A stretch of DNA of 64,000 nucleotides from an uncultured Ignavibacteriales bacterium. GTDB taxonomy: Bacteria > Zixibacteria > MSB-5A5 > GN15 > FEB-12. The stretch covers positions 74,035-138,034 of the forward strand of contig CAZILL010000003.1 of assembly GCA_964540105.1 (NCBI GenBank), read 5' to 3'. The translations under genes were made by a program, and so were the position numbers. The notes below the pieces were generated by a model. That model searched no databases, was not told the DNA's origin, and saw nothing but the letters and a program-made list of their open reading frames with translations. This document shows positions 1 through 7,978 of the stretch, one piece after another (the stretch's first letter is position 1; the number at the start of each line of letters is the position of its first letter).

Positions 1-1
1 T

Positions 2-1699
2 CAGAGTTACCTGACTTCCGGCATAGGCGTGTTTGCGCCGTATGGCGGCTATCCGGTTCCATGTCCGTGCGACCCGATGCTTAACCCGATGCCGGACTCA
101 ATTGACATCTTTGGGAATCTGCATGTTTCAAGCGGGACCTCGATCCTTGATTCTTCGGGCGGCGCACTTCATGTGACAAACCGGTACCAAAGACAGATGG
201 ATGGTGTTCAGGTAAGAAATCTCACCAGCTGGAGTTGGTATGGGGAGCTCAGTCCCCTCGATCCACTGGGCACGCTGCCGATTGGAGCCAGAGTCACGGT
301 ATACGATCCCGGAGACGGCAGTTGGGGGGACGATACACTGAAGATTGCCCAGACGAAAACAGGCGACAACACCTGGGATTTGTCTGCCGTGACGAATGGC
401 ATAAAAACAATGATACGCGCGTTTTATGATGGGGACACTCTCATGGTGGATAGCTGTGAGCCATGGTGTGCCTGGATCTCCCTCGGTACGCTGGCCGGAA
501 CCTGGAAGGTTGTAGAGGGGGAAACTGAAGTACTATCTCCGACGGGTATCTATCCGACGGGCTTCAAAGGGTCGACTACAGGCAAACCGCCGACACTTGC
601 CTGGGTGTTCCCTGAGTCGCATCCGATCTGGACTTGGCCAGGGCATGGCATAGCGGGCGTGCCGATCGATGGGCTTGAAGTCACGTTCGAGAGTGTGCCG
701 CCGTACCGCGATACGCTTAAGTCCATATACATACTGGCGGACAGTATCCAAACGTTTTCGATGCGCGCCGGCAGTACGGCCGAGCCGGATACCTTGGACA
801 TCTGGAGAGTCAGGAACATTTCACTGGGGTTGGCGCACCTGAGCCTGGCGGGCGGGAACCTCAAGGTCTCGAATATGGGCCCAACCTACGGCGACGGCGT
901 GGTGCAACAAATCGGCAGCAGGCGGTCGTGGGACGCGACGCTGGCGAACCCCGATCAGGGAGATACGCTTCCAATCGGGGCTAAGCTGGCGATCGATTTC
1001 CGGGGGACAGTCGGTGCTGCGCCTGACCAGTGGGTGATGCAGATGTCACAGAAGAAGACGGGTGTGCGTCAGTGGCTACTCGATGTCAAGTCTGTCGCAA
1101 CAAAGTATACAGTCAATGCGATGCGGAACGGCGCGCAGGTGTTCCATCGCACGGGATTGACTGTCGCTGATCTGGGCACGATCACAGAACCGGCCGGCAT
1201 GTTCAAGTCACCGGATGGGGTTTACCCAGCTGGATTCAAAGGGTCGTCTACGGGCAAGCCTGCTGGAATGGCCTGGTCTTACCCGTCCGGCCCAGATGTG
1301 ACGTGGAACTGGCCCGCTCAGGGTGTGGTGGCGATGGCGATTGACCAGCTCGAGGCGATCGCCGAAGGGACGTATCCGATCGGACCGCCGTCGGGGGCAG
1401 CTGCAGTGGGCGAGCTGTCTCGAGTGATCATCACGGCGCACGACATTCCGGCCCTTGAATTCGACTCGGTGTGGGTCTACTGCTGCATGGGTACAACCGG
1501 CAACACGGATGGCTCCATGGACGATGTCGTAGACATTTCCGATGTGTTTGCGGTCGTGGATTATCTCGGCGCGAGCATTCCGTTGTCGACATGTGCTCTG
1601 GAGAACGACGCCAATATCGACGGCACGATTGATATCGGTGATCTGTTCGCGGTGATCGATTACCTGAGCGGTGTGGTGGGGCTGCCACCATGTCCGTAG
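2..1699 (+). CDS. Secreted repeat protein with C-terminal dockerin-like Ca-binding module (5' partial, N-terminus outside window)
   Basis: The frame is open from nt 2, with no stop upstream of the GTG at 29. There are two internal ~225-aa repeats: GIYPTGFKGSTTGKP at nt 545-589 versus GVYPAGFKGSSTGKP at nt 1216-1260, and TLPIGARV versus TLPIGAKL. The C-terminus carries two EF-hand-like dockerin segments, TGNTDGSMDDVVDISDVFAVVDYL and ENDANIDGTIDIGDLFAVIDYL. Confidence 0.6.
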   Translation, partial: QSYLTSGIGVFAPYGGYPVPCPCDPMLNPMPDSIDIFGNLHVSSGTSILDSSGGALHVTNRYQRQMDGVQVRNLTSWSWYGELSPLDPLGTLPIGARVTVYDPGDGSWGDDTLKIAQTKTGDNTWDLSAVTNGIKTMIRAFYDGDTLMVDSCEPWCAWISLGTLAGTWKVVEGETEVLSPTGIYPTGFKGSTTGKPPTLAWVFPESHPIWTWPGHGIAGVPIDGLEVTFESVPPYRDTLKSIYILADSIQTFSMRAGSTAEPDTLDIWRVRNISLGLAHLSLAGGNLKVSNMGPTYGDGVVQQIGSRRSWDATLANPDQGDTLPIGAKLAIDFRGTVGAAPDQWVMQMSQKKTGVRQWLLDVKSVATKYTVNAMRNGAQVFHRTGLTVADLGTITEPAGMFKSPDGVYPAGFKGSSTGKPAGMAWSYPSGPDVTWNWPAQGVVAMAIDQLEAIAEGTYPIGPPSGAAAVGELSRVIITAHDIPALEFDSVWVYCCMGTTGNTDGSMDDVVDISDVFAVVDYLGASIPLSTCALENDANIDGTIDIGDLFAVIDYLSGVVGLPPCP

Positions 1700-1707
1700 T
1701 GAGTAGG

Positions 1708-1843
1708 TCTTGACCTAACCCCCCAGCCCCCTTCCCGACACGGGAAGGGGGAGGAAGGGTTGGGTCGATTTGGCAATTTGTTTAACGGGATTGTAACCCC
1801 TCACCCCTGTCCCCTCTCCCACGCGTGGGAGAGGAGGATGTTG
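1708..1843. repeat. Copy 1 of a ~135-bp intergenic double-hairpin repeat
   Basis: Near-identical to 1941-2075. Contains a perfect 11-bp stem cccccttcccg/cgggaaggggg (1727-1751) and the palindrome cctctcccacg/cgtgggagagg (1813-1834). Confidence 0.85.
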
Positions 1844-1940
1844 AGTCAAGGCGGTGCGTACGTTGCGCCGGTTCTTGTCCCTGTTCAACGGGGATTTGAA
1901 CTGGCGCTTTCTCTGTGTAAACTGGCCGACTCGTTTGGGT

Positions 1941-2075
1941 TCTTGACCTAACCCCCGTCCCCCTTCCCGACACGGGAAGGGGGAGAAAGGGTTTGGTCGA
2001 TTTGGCGATTTATTTAACGGGATTGTAACCCCTCACCCCTGTCCCCTCTCCCACGCGTGGGAGAGGAGGATGTTG
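1941..2075. repeat. Copy 2 of a ~135-bp intergenic double-hairpin repeat
   Basis: Direct repeat of 1708-1843, offset by 233 bp, with a few substitutions or indels. Hairpins lie at 1959-1983 and 2045-2066. Confidence 0.85.
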
Positions 2076-2185
2076 TATCAGGTCAAATCTCCGACAGACA
2101 GGGAGCTGGGAATGCTGTGCCTAGCCCCAAAAGTTGCTTGCGGGTGTGTGGAAAAGCCTGCAATTTGCTGCCGCTTCGATGATTG

Positions 2186-2272
2186 GCCGGAGTGGTGGAA
2201 TTGGTAGACACCAGGGACTTAAAATCCCTTGCTTCCTAACGGGGCGTACCGGTTCGAGTCCGGTCTCCGGCA
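2186..2272 (+). tRNA. tRNA-Leu (anticodon UAA), type II with long variable arm
   Basis: Acceptor GCCGGAG/CTCCGGC plus discriminator A. Anticodon stem-loop AGGGA-CTTAAAA-TCCCT. T-arm ACCGG-TTCGAGT-CCGGT. Long variable arm. 87 nt. Confidence 0.9.
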
Positions 2273-2290
2273 TATGTTTCAGGCAAAGAG

Positions 2291-2319
2291 AAAGCCCCCG
2301 CCGATCGGCAGGGGCTTTC
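2291..2319. terminator. Bidirectional hairpin between tRNA-Leu and the 3' end of the cytochrome operon
   Basis: aaagcccc-gccgatcggca-ggggcttt stem flanked by A/T runs on both sides. Lies between convergent tRNA (+) and CDS (-). Confidence 0.65.
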
Positions 2320-2347
2320 TTTCAAAGTCGCGCTCTGCTGGATGCGC

Positions 2348-3433
2348 TTAGTGTGCGCGAAGATAGTTGATCGAACTCCAGATGAGGTCGTGAGCGTACT
2401 TGAAGTTGTGAATACCCTCTGATCTGTCCTCTTCGAGCATCACAAAGTTCCAGATGGCGCCAGCAATATTCTTGTCGGCAACAGTCACAGTCTTTGGCGC
2501 ATACGTGGTGTCGGTGCCGGTCACGGTTCGGGTCAACAGACTCTTGCCGACCAGAAGCACGGCCAGAGAATCCATCATGCCGTGAAATTCCGTCTGGTAC
2601 CCTTCGACCTTGCCGTCCTTGTCAAAGTCATAGGCCGTGTTTGCAGCGTCGGCGATGAAGTTGAAGGAGGCTGTGGCTTTGGCATGGCACGGTGTGCAGA
2701 CGTTTACCATGGTATAGCCGGACTCTTCATCCACCATGTTGAAACTGTGACCGCCGATCTTGTAACCGTCATGAACCTGCGGATTCCCCATGTGGCAGCC
2801 GATGCAGGCGTCGGTGATCGCAGTCGAGTGTGTGGAAGTGTTGTAAGTTACGCCGGCAAATTCGTAGCCGCCAGTCTTCTGAATCAGATCCCCCTGGGGG
2901 CCGTGGTGCGGACCGAAGCGATTAGTGACCTTTGCACTGTCGATGACGCTCACCGCAACCGATGTGCGATTATGATGACAGACGACACACAAGTTCGACT
3001 TGCCATGATCGAAAACGACGCCGTTGGCAAGGGTGTAGGCTTTTGTTGTGCGCATGTCCAACGACCCGGTCGAGTGTGGCGCATGGCACGTGAAGCAGTG
3101 AATGGCGCTGGCGTTTTCATATGGTCCCGCGATCTTTGCCGAATCGACCCAGAGGACGAATCCCTGATGATCATGGCAGCGGGTACAATCGGTACCGGCG
3201 CCGCCCCGGTTGGTGTAGTCAACGCTGGTCCCGGAAGCGTGAATCGAGTTCTGCCACTCGCCCTCGGCCTGCTGCAGCTTGCCGTCGAAATCATTATGGC
3301 AGGTCATGCAGGCGTCGGCCCCGAGGAGGCTATTATCGTAGTTATTGACTACGTTGGTTACTTTGCGTTCGCACCCGGCAGCCAGGATCAGTATGACAGC
3401 CATCAGGGCGACGATCAGTTTCGAGGTTTTCAT
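2348..3433 (-). CDS. Hexaheme c-type cytochrome lipoprotein (candidate outer, extracellular component of a porin-cytochrome conduit)
   Basis: Six CXXCH motifs: CMTCH, CTRCH, CFTCH, CVVCH, CIGCH, CTPCH. N-terminal signal with lipobox LAAG-C. SD AAGGAGAG upstream. 11-nt gap to the upstream barrel gene. Confidence 0.85.
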   Translation of the reverse strand: MKTSKLIVALMAVILILAAGCERKVTNVVNNYDNSLLGADACMTCHNDFDGKLQQAEGEWQNSIHASGTSVDYTNRGGAGTDCTRCHDHQGFVLWVDSAKIAGPYENASAIHCFTCHAPHSTGSLDMRTTKAYTLANGVVFDHGKSNLCVVCHHNRTSVAVSVIDSAKVTNRFGPHHGPQGDLIQKTGGYEFAGVTYNTSTHSTAITDACIGCHMGNPQVHDGYKIGGHSFNMVDEESGYTMVNVCTPCHAKATASFNFIADAANTAYDFDKDGKVEGYQTEFHGMMDSLAVLLVGKSLLTRTVTGTDTTYAPKTVTVADKNIAGAIWNFVMLEEDRSEGIHNFKYAHDLIWSSINYLRAH

Positions 3434-3444
3434 TGCATCTCTCC

Positions 3445-5028
3445 TTAGAAGCTCAAGTCCTTAGTCAAATTCACTTCAACGATATTTGCGGTGTAGTACG
3501 AGTTCGTGACGATGAAGTCATCATAGTTGAACACATTGTAGCGAACCTCGACATGATGATTGGCCAGGAAGGCATAAGTCAGGCCAAAATTGAGGTTGAA
3601 TTTCTCGATGTCGATGTCGCGTTTACTTCGATAATAATTCCAGCCGAAGTCGGCCGCGAGATTCTTGTACGCGCGAGGTGAAATCGTTCCTGAGACGACA
3701 TGATCGGCAAACTCAAAACTAACGGTGTCGCTCCGATTCTCGAATGTGCCCCGGTTGTATGCATAGCCGACGACGATCGATCCCCACTTTTCGTTCGTGA
3801 GATTCAGATCGGACGACAGGGCATTGTAGTCCACTTTGCTTCGGATATCAGCGTTCTTGCGGGAACGACCCTGCCATTGAATGGAGAGGTTGCACCCTTC
3901 TCTCGCGCTATAACGAGCCGCGAGCATTTGACGAGTCAGGTCCTCATTGCCCAGGAGAGTGGAACCTTCGTCGACGCTGTTTGTCCGTGTGGCGACGTTC
4001 CCGCGGAAGTACCAGCGGTCGTTCGGCCTCAGCCAGCCGTTAGCCAGAACACCTGAGGAGCTGGTCTTATTGATAAAGTCATCGGCAATCTGGTACTCGT
4101 AGCCGAGCCGCACTCCACCGAGACGCCCCCAATTCTTGCCGAGTGAGGTCGTGTGCAGAATGTGATCAGTTTCCGATGTGGAAACCTGATAGGCGCTGGC
4201 AGGCGTTGTGTAGCCATACACCAATCGATAATCGAATACCATGCTCTCCGGCAACGTCACTCGTCCTCCGAGCCAGAACTGATTCGAAGTCAGTTTCTCG
4301 TCAGTATCTTGAATCTTGTCCTGGCGGTACTTGTATCCACCGGATAGAGTGAGCCTGTCGACTCGTGGGACTTTGGAAAAAAGTGACACTGTGAAGTTAT
4401 CGGCTGTCCGATCGGTGTTGGTTGCAGTCTTGTCGTCGAAGGCATAGTGACGATATTCGGTGCGAAGCATACCGAAGCGATCGCCAACCTGCATGCCAGC
4501 GTTGAAACTCGTGTGGTCATAGTCGGTGTTTCGCACGGTCATTTCAGTGGCCGGGGAGAGGGTAGGAAGAACGTCACCGTGCTTCATGGTCACGCTGTAA
4601 CCGCCGAAGAATTTTACCCAGCGAATCGGCTGCACACTCCCCTGAATGTCGGTATGGTTGCGGCGCGTGAAATTGCCACCGTTGAAATCATGGAAACGCC
4701 GGTATTGATTGTTAGCCGCGCTCAGGTTGAACAAACCACTTTTCCCATACGATATCCGGAGGTTACGGTTGTTCAGTGTGATGTTCCTCAGGTCCGCGGT
4801 TAAGGCCGATCCGTCGGCAAAGTCAATGCGCCAGTCCTGAAGTGACAGGGCCGGACCTTCGTACCAGTTGTACGTTTCTTGATTGACCGCCATGCTCCCT
4901 TCCTGATCCATGTACGTATAGCCGACCTTTACTTTTCCTCCGCCATCGGCCCCGAGGATCACAATTGGCGTCAATATGCAGACGATCAGAGCGAGAAGTA
5001 CGGTTCTCTTGAGTTTATCTGTTTTCAT
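3445..5028 (-). CDS. Outer-membrane beta-barrel, MtrB/PioB-like porin of a porin-cytochrome complex
   Basis: Sec signal peptide (MKTDKLKRTVLLALIVCILTPIVILGADG). Amphipathic alternating strands rich in Y/G/N/R/D and a C-terminal Phe (LTKDLSF). The N-terminal region LRNITLNNRNLRISYGKSGLFNLSAANNQYRRF resembles the MtrB-family pattern. Sandwiched between two multiheme cytochromes. Confidence 0.7.
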   Translation of the reverse strand: MKTDKLKRTVLLALIVCILTPIVILGADGGGKVKVGYTYMDQEGSMAVNQETYNWYEGPALSLQDWRIDFADGSALTADLRNITLNNRNLRISYGKSGLFNLSAANNQYRRFHDFNGGNFTRRNHTDIQGSVQPIRWVKFFGGYSVTMKHGDVLPTLSPATEMTVRNTDYDHTSFNAGMQVGDRFGMLRTEYRHYAFDDKTATNTDRTADNFTVSLFSKVPRVDRLTLSGGYKYRQDKIQDTDEKLTSNQFWLGGRVTLPESMVFDYRLVYGYTTPASAYQVSTSETDHILHTTSLGKNWGRLGGVRLGYEYQIADDFINKTSSSGVLANGWLRPNDRWYFRGNVATRTNSVDEGSTLLGNEDLTRQMLAARYSAREGCNLSIQWQGRSRKNADIRSKVDYNALSSDLNLTNEKWGSIVVGYAYNRGTFENRSDTVSFEFADHVVSGTISPRAYKNLAADFGWNYYRSKRDIDIEKFNLNFGLTYAFLANHHVEVRYNVFNYDDFIVTNSYYTANIVEVNLTKDLSF

Positions 5029-5040
5029 GGTTGCACCTCT

Positions 5041-5982
5041 CTATCGAACCGTATAGTGGCAGTAGCAGTTAGCCCCACCGAGCAGGGCAGGGAGGTTTTC
5101 GTCCAGTAAGCGGCGATCTGCAAACGAGCCGTGAGCGCCAGTATGACATACCACGCAATCGATCTTAGCCCAGGCTGCGCCATGCTGAACACTCTGCAGA
5201 TGCTTTGGAACCGAGTGGCACTGCTTGCAGATCTGATTCACCGGCTGTTTGAGAAGACGGTCGTTGTCACTGCCGTGAGGGTCGTGACATTCGATGCAGG
5301 CGCCACCATTCACATCGCTGGAATTCGAGGCTGCGTGCTCATACGGGAATGGACCACCCTGTTCAGGATGACAATTCTGGCACGTGCGATCATCACCGAA
5401 CGCATAATTTTGGTCTGTCCTGTGTGAAAATCGATGACAGCTGAGGCAGGTCATGGTTCCTTGTCGGACCGGGTGGTTCGACCGTTTCATGAAGGATCCC
5501 TTTGTTGCTGTATGGCAGGTCAGGCAGAAGTCGGCACTTTCATCGAGAAGCTGCGACGATGCCGTGTTGTGGACTTTGTGGCACGAAGCGCAATTAGTCT
5601 GCTGAGAGGAATGAATGTCGTAGCCATAGTTGTCCAGCTGCTGATGAGGAAGGTGGCAGGTGCCACAGGCTTCGACAGCGTCCTTACCGGCCAAGCGTGC
5701 GGGATTCCCGATATTCTCGACGGTCGGATCCCCAACATGTTGCTCACTTCCCGAGTGGCAGCTCGTGCACTGCAAAGAGATCGCCGGCGCTTTGACTTCG
5801 GCGCCAAGAATGTGCGGACCCTTGGCGAGGGATCGATCATACCCGTCATGACATCCCAGACAGTCTGCGCTTGGTACTAGCCCACTGTCCGCAAATCCAT
5901 GGACGGGAAGAGCGAACAAGGCGATTAGGACAGATACCAGGGCTCCTGCCGAGTTCAGTATCTGCAAAAATGTTCGTTTCAT
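5041..5982 (-). CDS. Periplasmic decaheme c-type cytochrome (MtrA/PioA/DmsE-like)
   Basis: Ten CXXCH motifs in ~313 aa. Signal peptide MKRTFLQILNSAGALVSVLIALFALPVHGFA. I place the start at ATG 5982 (SD GGAG 6 nt upstream) rather than the track start at 6015. 12-nt gap to the barrel gene. Confidence 0.85.
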   Translation of the reverse strand: MKRTFLQILNSAGALVSVLIALFALPVHGFADSGLVPSADCLGCHDGYDRSLAKGPHILGAEVKAPAISLQCTSCHSGSEQHVGDPTVENIGNPARLAGKDAVEACGTCHLPHQQLDNYGYDIHSSQQTNCASCHKVHNTASSQLLDESADFCLTCHTATKGSFMKRSNHPVRQGTMTCLSCHRFSHRTDQNYAFGDDRTCQNCHPEQGGPFPYEHAASNSSDVNGGACIECHDPHGSDNDRLLKQPVNQICKQCHSVPKHLQSVQHGAAWAKIDCVVCHTGAHGSFADRRLLDENLPALLGGANCYCHYTVR

Positions 5983-6400
5983 CCTGTTCTCCGATAGCTT
6001 GAGTCTAAATGTCATCGTAACGTCATTTTCGTTTCCCTTGTATCGGCAGATTCGTCAGGACTTAAACGATCCTTGTTGAATAAGAACAGATTAGCGGGAT
6101 GATTATGTACGTTTACGTAGACTATTAGTCCGTGCTTGAGATATCGCGTGTCATAACAAGGAGTTACGCCGTAACGAACCAGGATGACTCGACCGTAAAA
6201 CGACGACAAGATTAGTTATGTATTTTCGATACAAGAAGTTACGTGAGTGTTGGAAGCACCCCCCTCAACCACCCTTCTGGCAGTTCTCCCCCGTGAGGAG
6301 AAGAGGAAGGGATGAGGGATTTGCGACCTTGCGAAGCCCTTTCGACAAGCCCTTATGCGTGGATGAGCATAGGATGGAAGATGGAAGAGGGTCGCGGAGG

Positions 6401-7798
6401 TCAGTCGAAGATTTTGCCGGGGTTCAGGATTCCGCGGGGGTCGAATTGGTGCTTGATGAGGCGCATCAGTTCGAGGCTGTCCTGATGTTGGGATTGAAAC
6501 AGCTCTTTGTGGCCGAGCCCGATCCCATGTTCTCCCGAAATCGAGCCGCCCACTTCGACAGACTTTCTGATAATGAGATCATTGACACGATTAGCGGCTT
6601 TCCATTCACTGCTATTCTTCCTGTCGGCAATCATGAGGGCGTGGAGCAAACCCATTCCTACATGCCCAAAAGTGAATATTGTCACCCCGGCCCGGTCGGC
6701 CAGGTCGTAGCAGAATTCGACGATCTCGGGAAGCCTCGAGATGGGGAAGGCGACGTCGTTGCGGATGATGCTGCATCCCGGACGGAAGTGCTTGACGGCG
6801 TCAGTTGCCCAATGACGGATTTCCCAGGGACGATGTCCTTCGGAAAGAGTCAGTGAGGAACCTCCGAGCTCGACACAGATCGCCTCGGCAGTGGAGTTGT
6901 TGGCATCGGTTGCAGTTTGGGGGCCGTGGAATTCCAGGAAGAGGCAAGGGACCTCTTCGAGCGCATAGCCCTTCAAACGATTTAGCGCGCTGATCAATCT
7001 GCGATCAAGAAACTCAATGGCAGCCAGGTCGAGCCCACAGCGACGCATGTCGGAGACTGCTTTCGCCGCCGAGATTTCGGAGTCAAACCGATACGCAGCC
7101 TGCAGTCGGTGTTCCGGAATCCCCTCAAGCTTGAGCGTAACGCCGGTTACTATCGCCAGGGTACCTTCGGAACCGCAGATCAAATCCGTCAGATTGTAAC
7201 CAGAGGATCGCTTGATGGCCCGGCTACCGAGTCGAAGGATTTCACCGGAACCGGTGACGACGGTAAGGGCAAGCACGTATTCCCGAGTTCCGCCGTACTT
7301 GACTGAGTAGATGCCGCTGGCGTTGGTTGACACCATTCCCCCGACGGTCGCGACGTCGCCCGAACCGCCCGGTGAGGGAGGGAAGAAGAGCCCCTCGCGT
7401 TTGAGTCGCTCATTTAGGTGATCGTAGATAATCCCGGGTTCAACCTCCACTTGAAGGTCGTCGGGCCACAGGTTGACAACGTGGTTCATGCGGCTGAGGT
7501 CCAGAACAATGCCTTCGCGTGAGGGAATAGTAGAGCCTTCGAGTGCGCTGCCGGCCCCACGCGCTGTGATTGGGGTTCCCTCGGCGGCACACATCGAAAC
7601 AACCGCGGAAACCTCTTGTGATGTCAGGGGCCAAAGAACCGCTATCGGAACGACCGGAGGGCTTGATGATTCGTCGTGGGACGCAACTGAAAGATGATCG
7701 GGGTGGGTTGAAAACCTATCGTGCGGAAACAGGCTGGCAAGCCGCTGAACAATTTCCAAGTGTCGATTCACTTCCTCGCTGCACCTTTCGTTCACCAC
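6401..7798 (-). CDS. FAD-linked oxidase (GlcD / D-lactate dehydrogenase family)
   Basis: FAD_binding_4-like N-terminal region (TARGAGSALEGSTIP). C-terminal motifs GGSISGEHGIGLGHKE and DPRGILNPGKIF are typical of the GlcD family. Confidence 0.8.
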   Translation of the reverse strand: MVNERCSEEVNRHLEIVQRLASLFPHDRFSTHPDHLSVASHDESSSPPVVPIAVLWPLTSQEVSAVVSMCAAEGTPITARGAGSALEGSTIPSREGIVLDLSRMNHVVNLWPDDLQVEVEPGIIYDHLNERLKREGLFFPPSPGGSGDVATVGGMVSTNASGIYSVKYGGTREYVLALTVVTGSGEILRLGSRAIKRSSGYNLTDLICGSEGTLAIVTGVTLKLEGIPEHRLQAAYRFDSEISAAKAVSDMRRCGLDLAAIEFLDRRLISALNRLKGYALEEVPCLFLEFHGPQTATDANNSTAEAICVELGGSSLTLSEGHRPWEIRHWATDAVKHFRPGCSIIRNDVAFPISRLPEIVEFCYDLADRAGVTIFTFGHVGMGLLHALMIADRKNSSEWKAANRVNDLIIRKSVEVGGSISGEHGIGLGHKELFQSQHQDSLELMRLIKHQFDPRGILNPGKIFD

Positions 7799-7978
7799 AG
7801 GAACTCCTAAGTGTAAGCGATCGACGTGTCAAAAGGAAACTTCTTTTGCTGTCGAACCATTTGACTCAATTGGGGAACGTGGTTACTTTGACGATCCGAG
7901 GAACGGCGACGCGATGCCGATCGCCATGACCATGACAATGCCAAGAGCGAATAGAGAATGCGAGAATCGAGGAGAAGT

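Noticed and set aside
1760-1973. 63-aa ORFs on both strands within the repeat region (for example PLSHAWERR-containing peptides)
   Set aside because: They are translations of the hairpin repeat elements. They are duplicated with the repeat, low complexity and lack start context.
2582-3448. 288-aa plus-strand ORF. Similar long antisense ORFs occur at 6218-6856, 8693-9202, 9763-10362, 14532-15182, 37926-38522, 40149-40904, 43949-44584 and 47437-48084.
   Set aside because: Each lies fully antisense to a gene with strong family motifs (multiheme cytochrome, GlcD, Gdh, kinases, rib genes, and others). Their translations are Arg/Pro/Ser-rich low-complexity sequence with no recognisable motifs. Such shadow ORFs are expected in GC-rich coding DNA.
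5041-5075. C-terminal NCYCH in the decaheme cytochrome as a possible eleventh, non-canonical CXCH heme site
   Set aside because: CXCH is not an established heme c attachment motif, and it lies 5 residues from the C-terminus. The ten canonical CXXCH motifs already match the MtrA-type count.
5213-5228. tggcactgcttgca resembles a sigma54 -24/-12 element
   Set aside because: The GG-to-GC spacing is 10 rather than 12. It also lies inside the decaheme coding region on the non-coding strand with no downstream gene.
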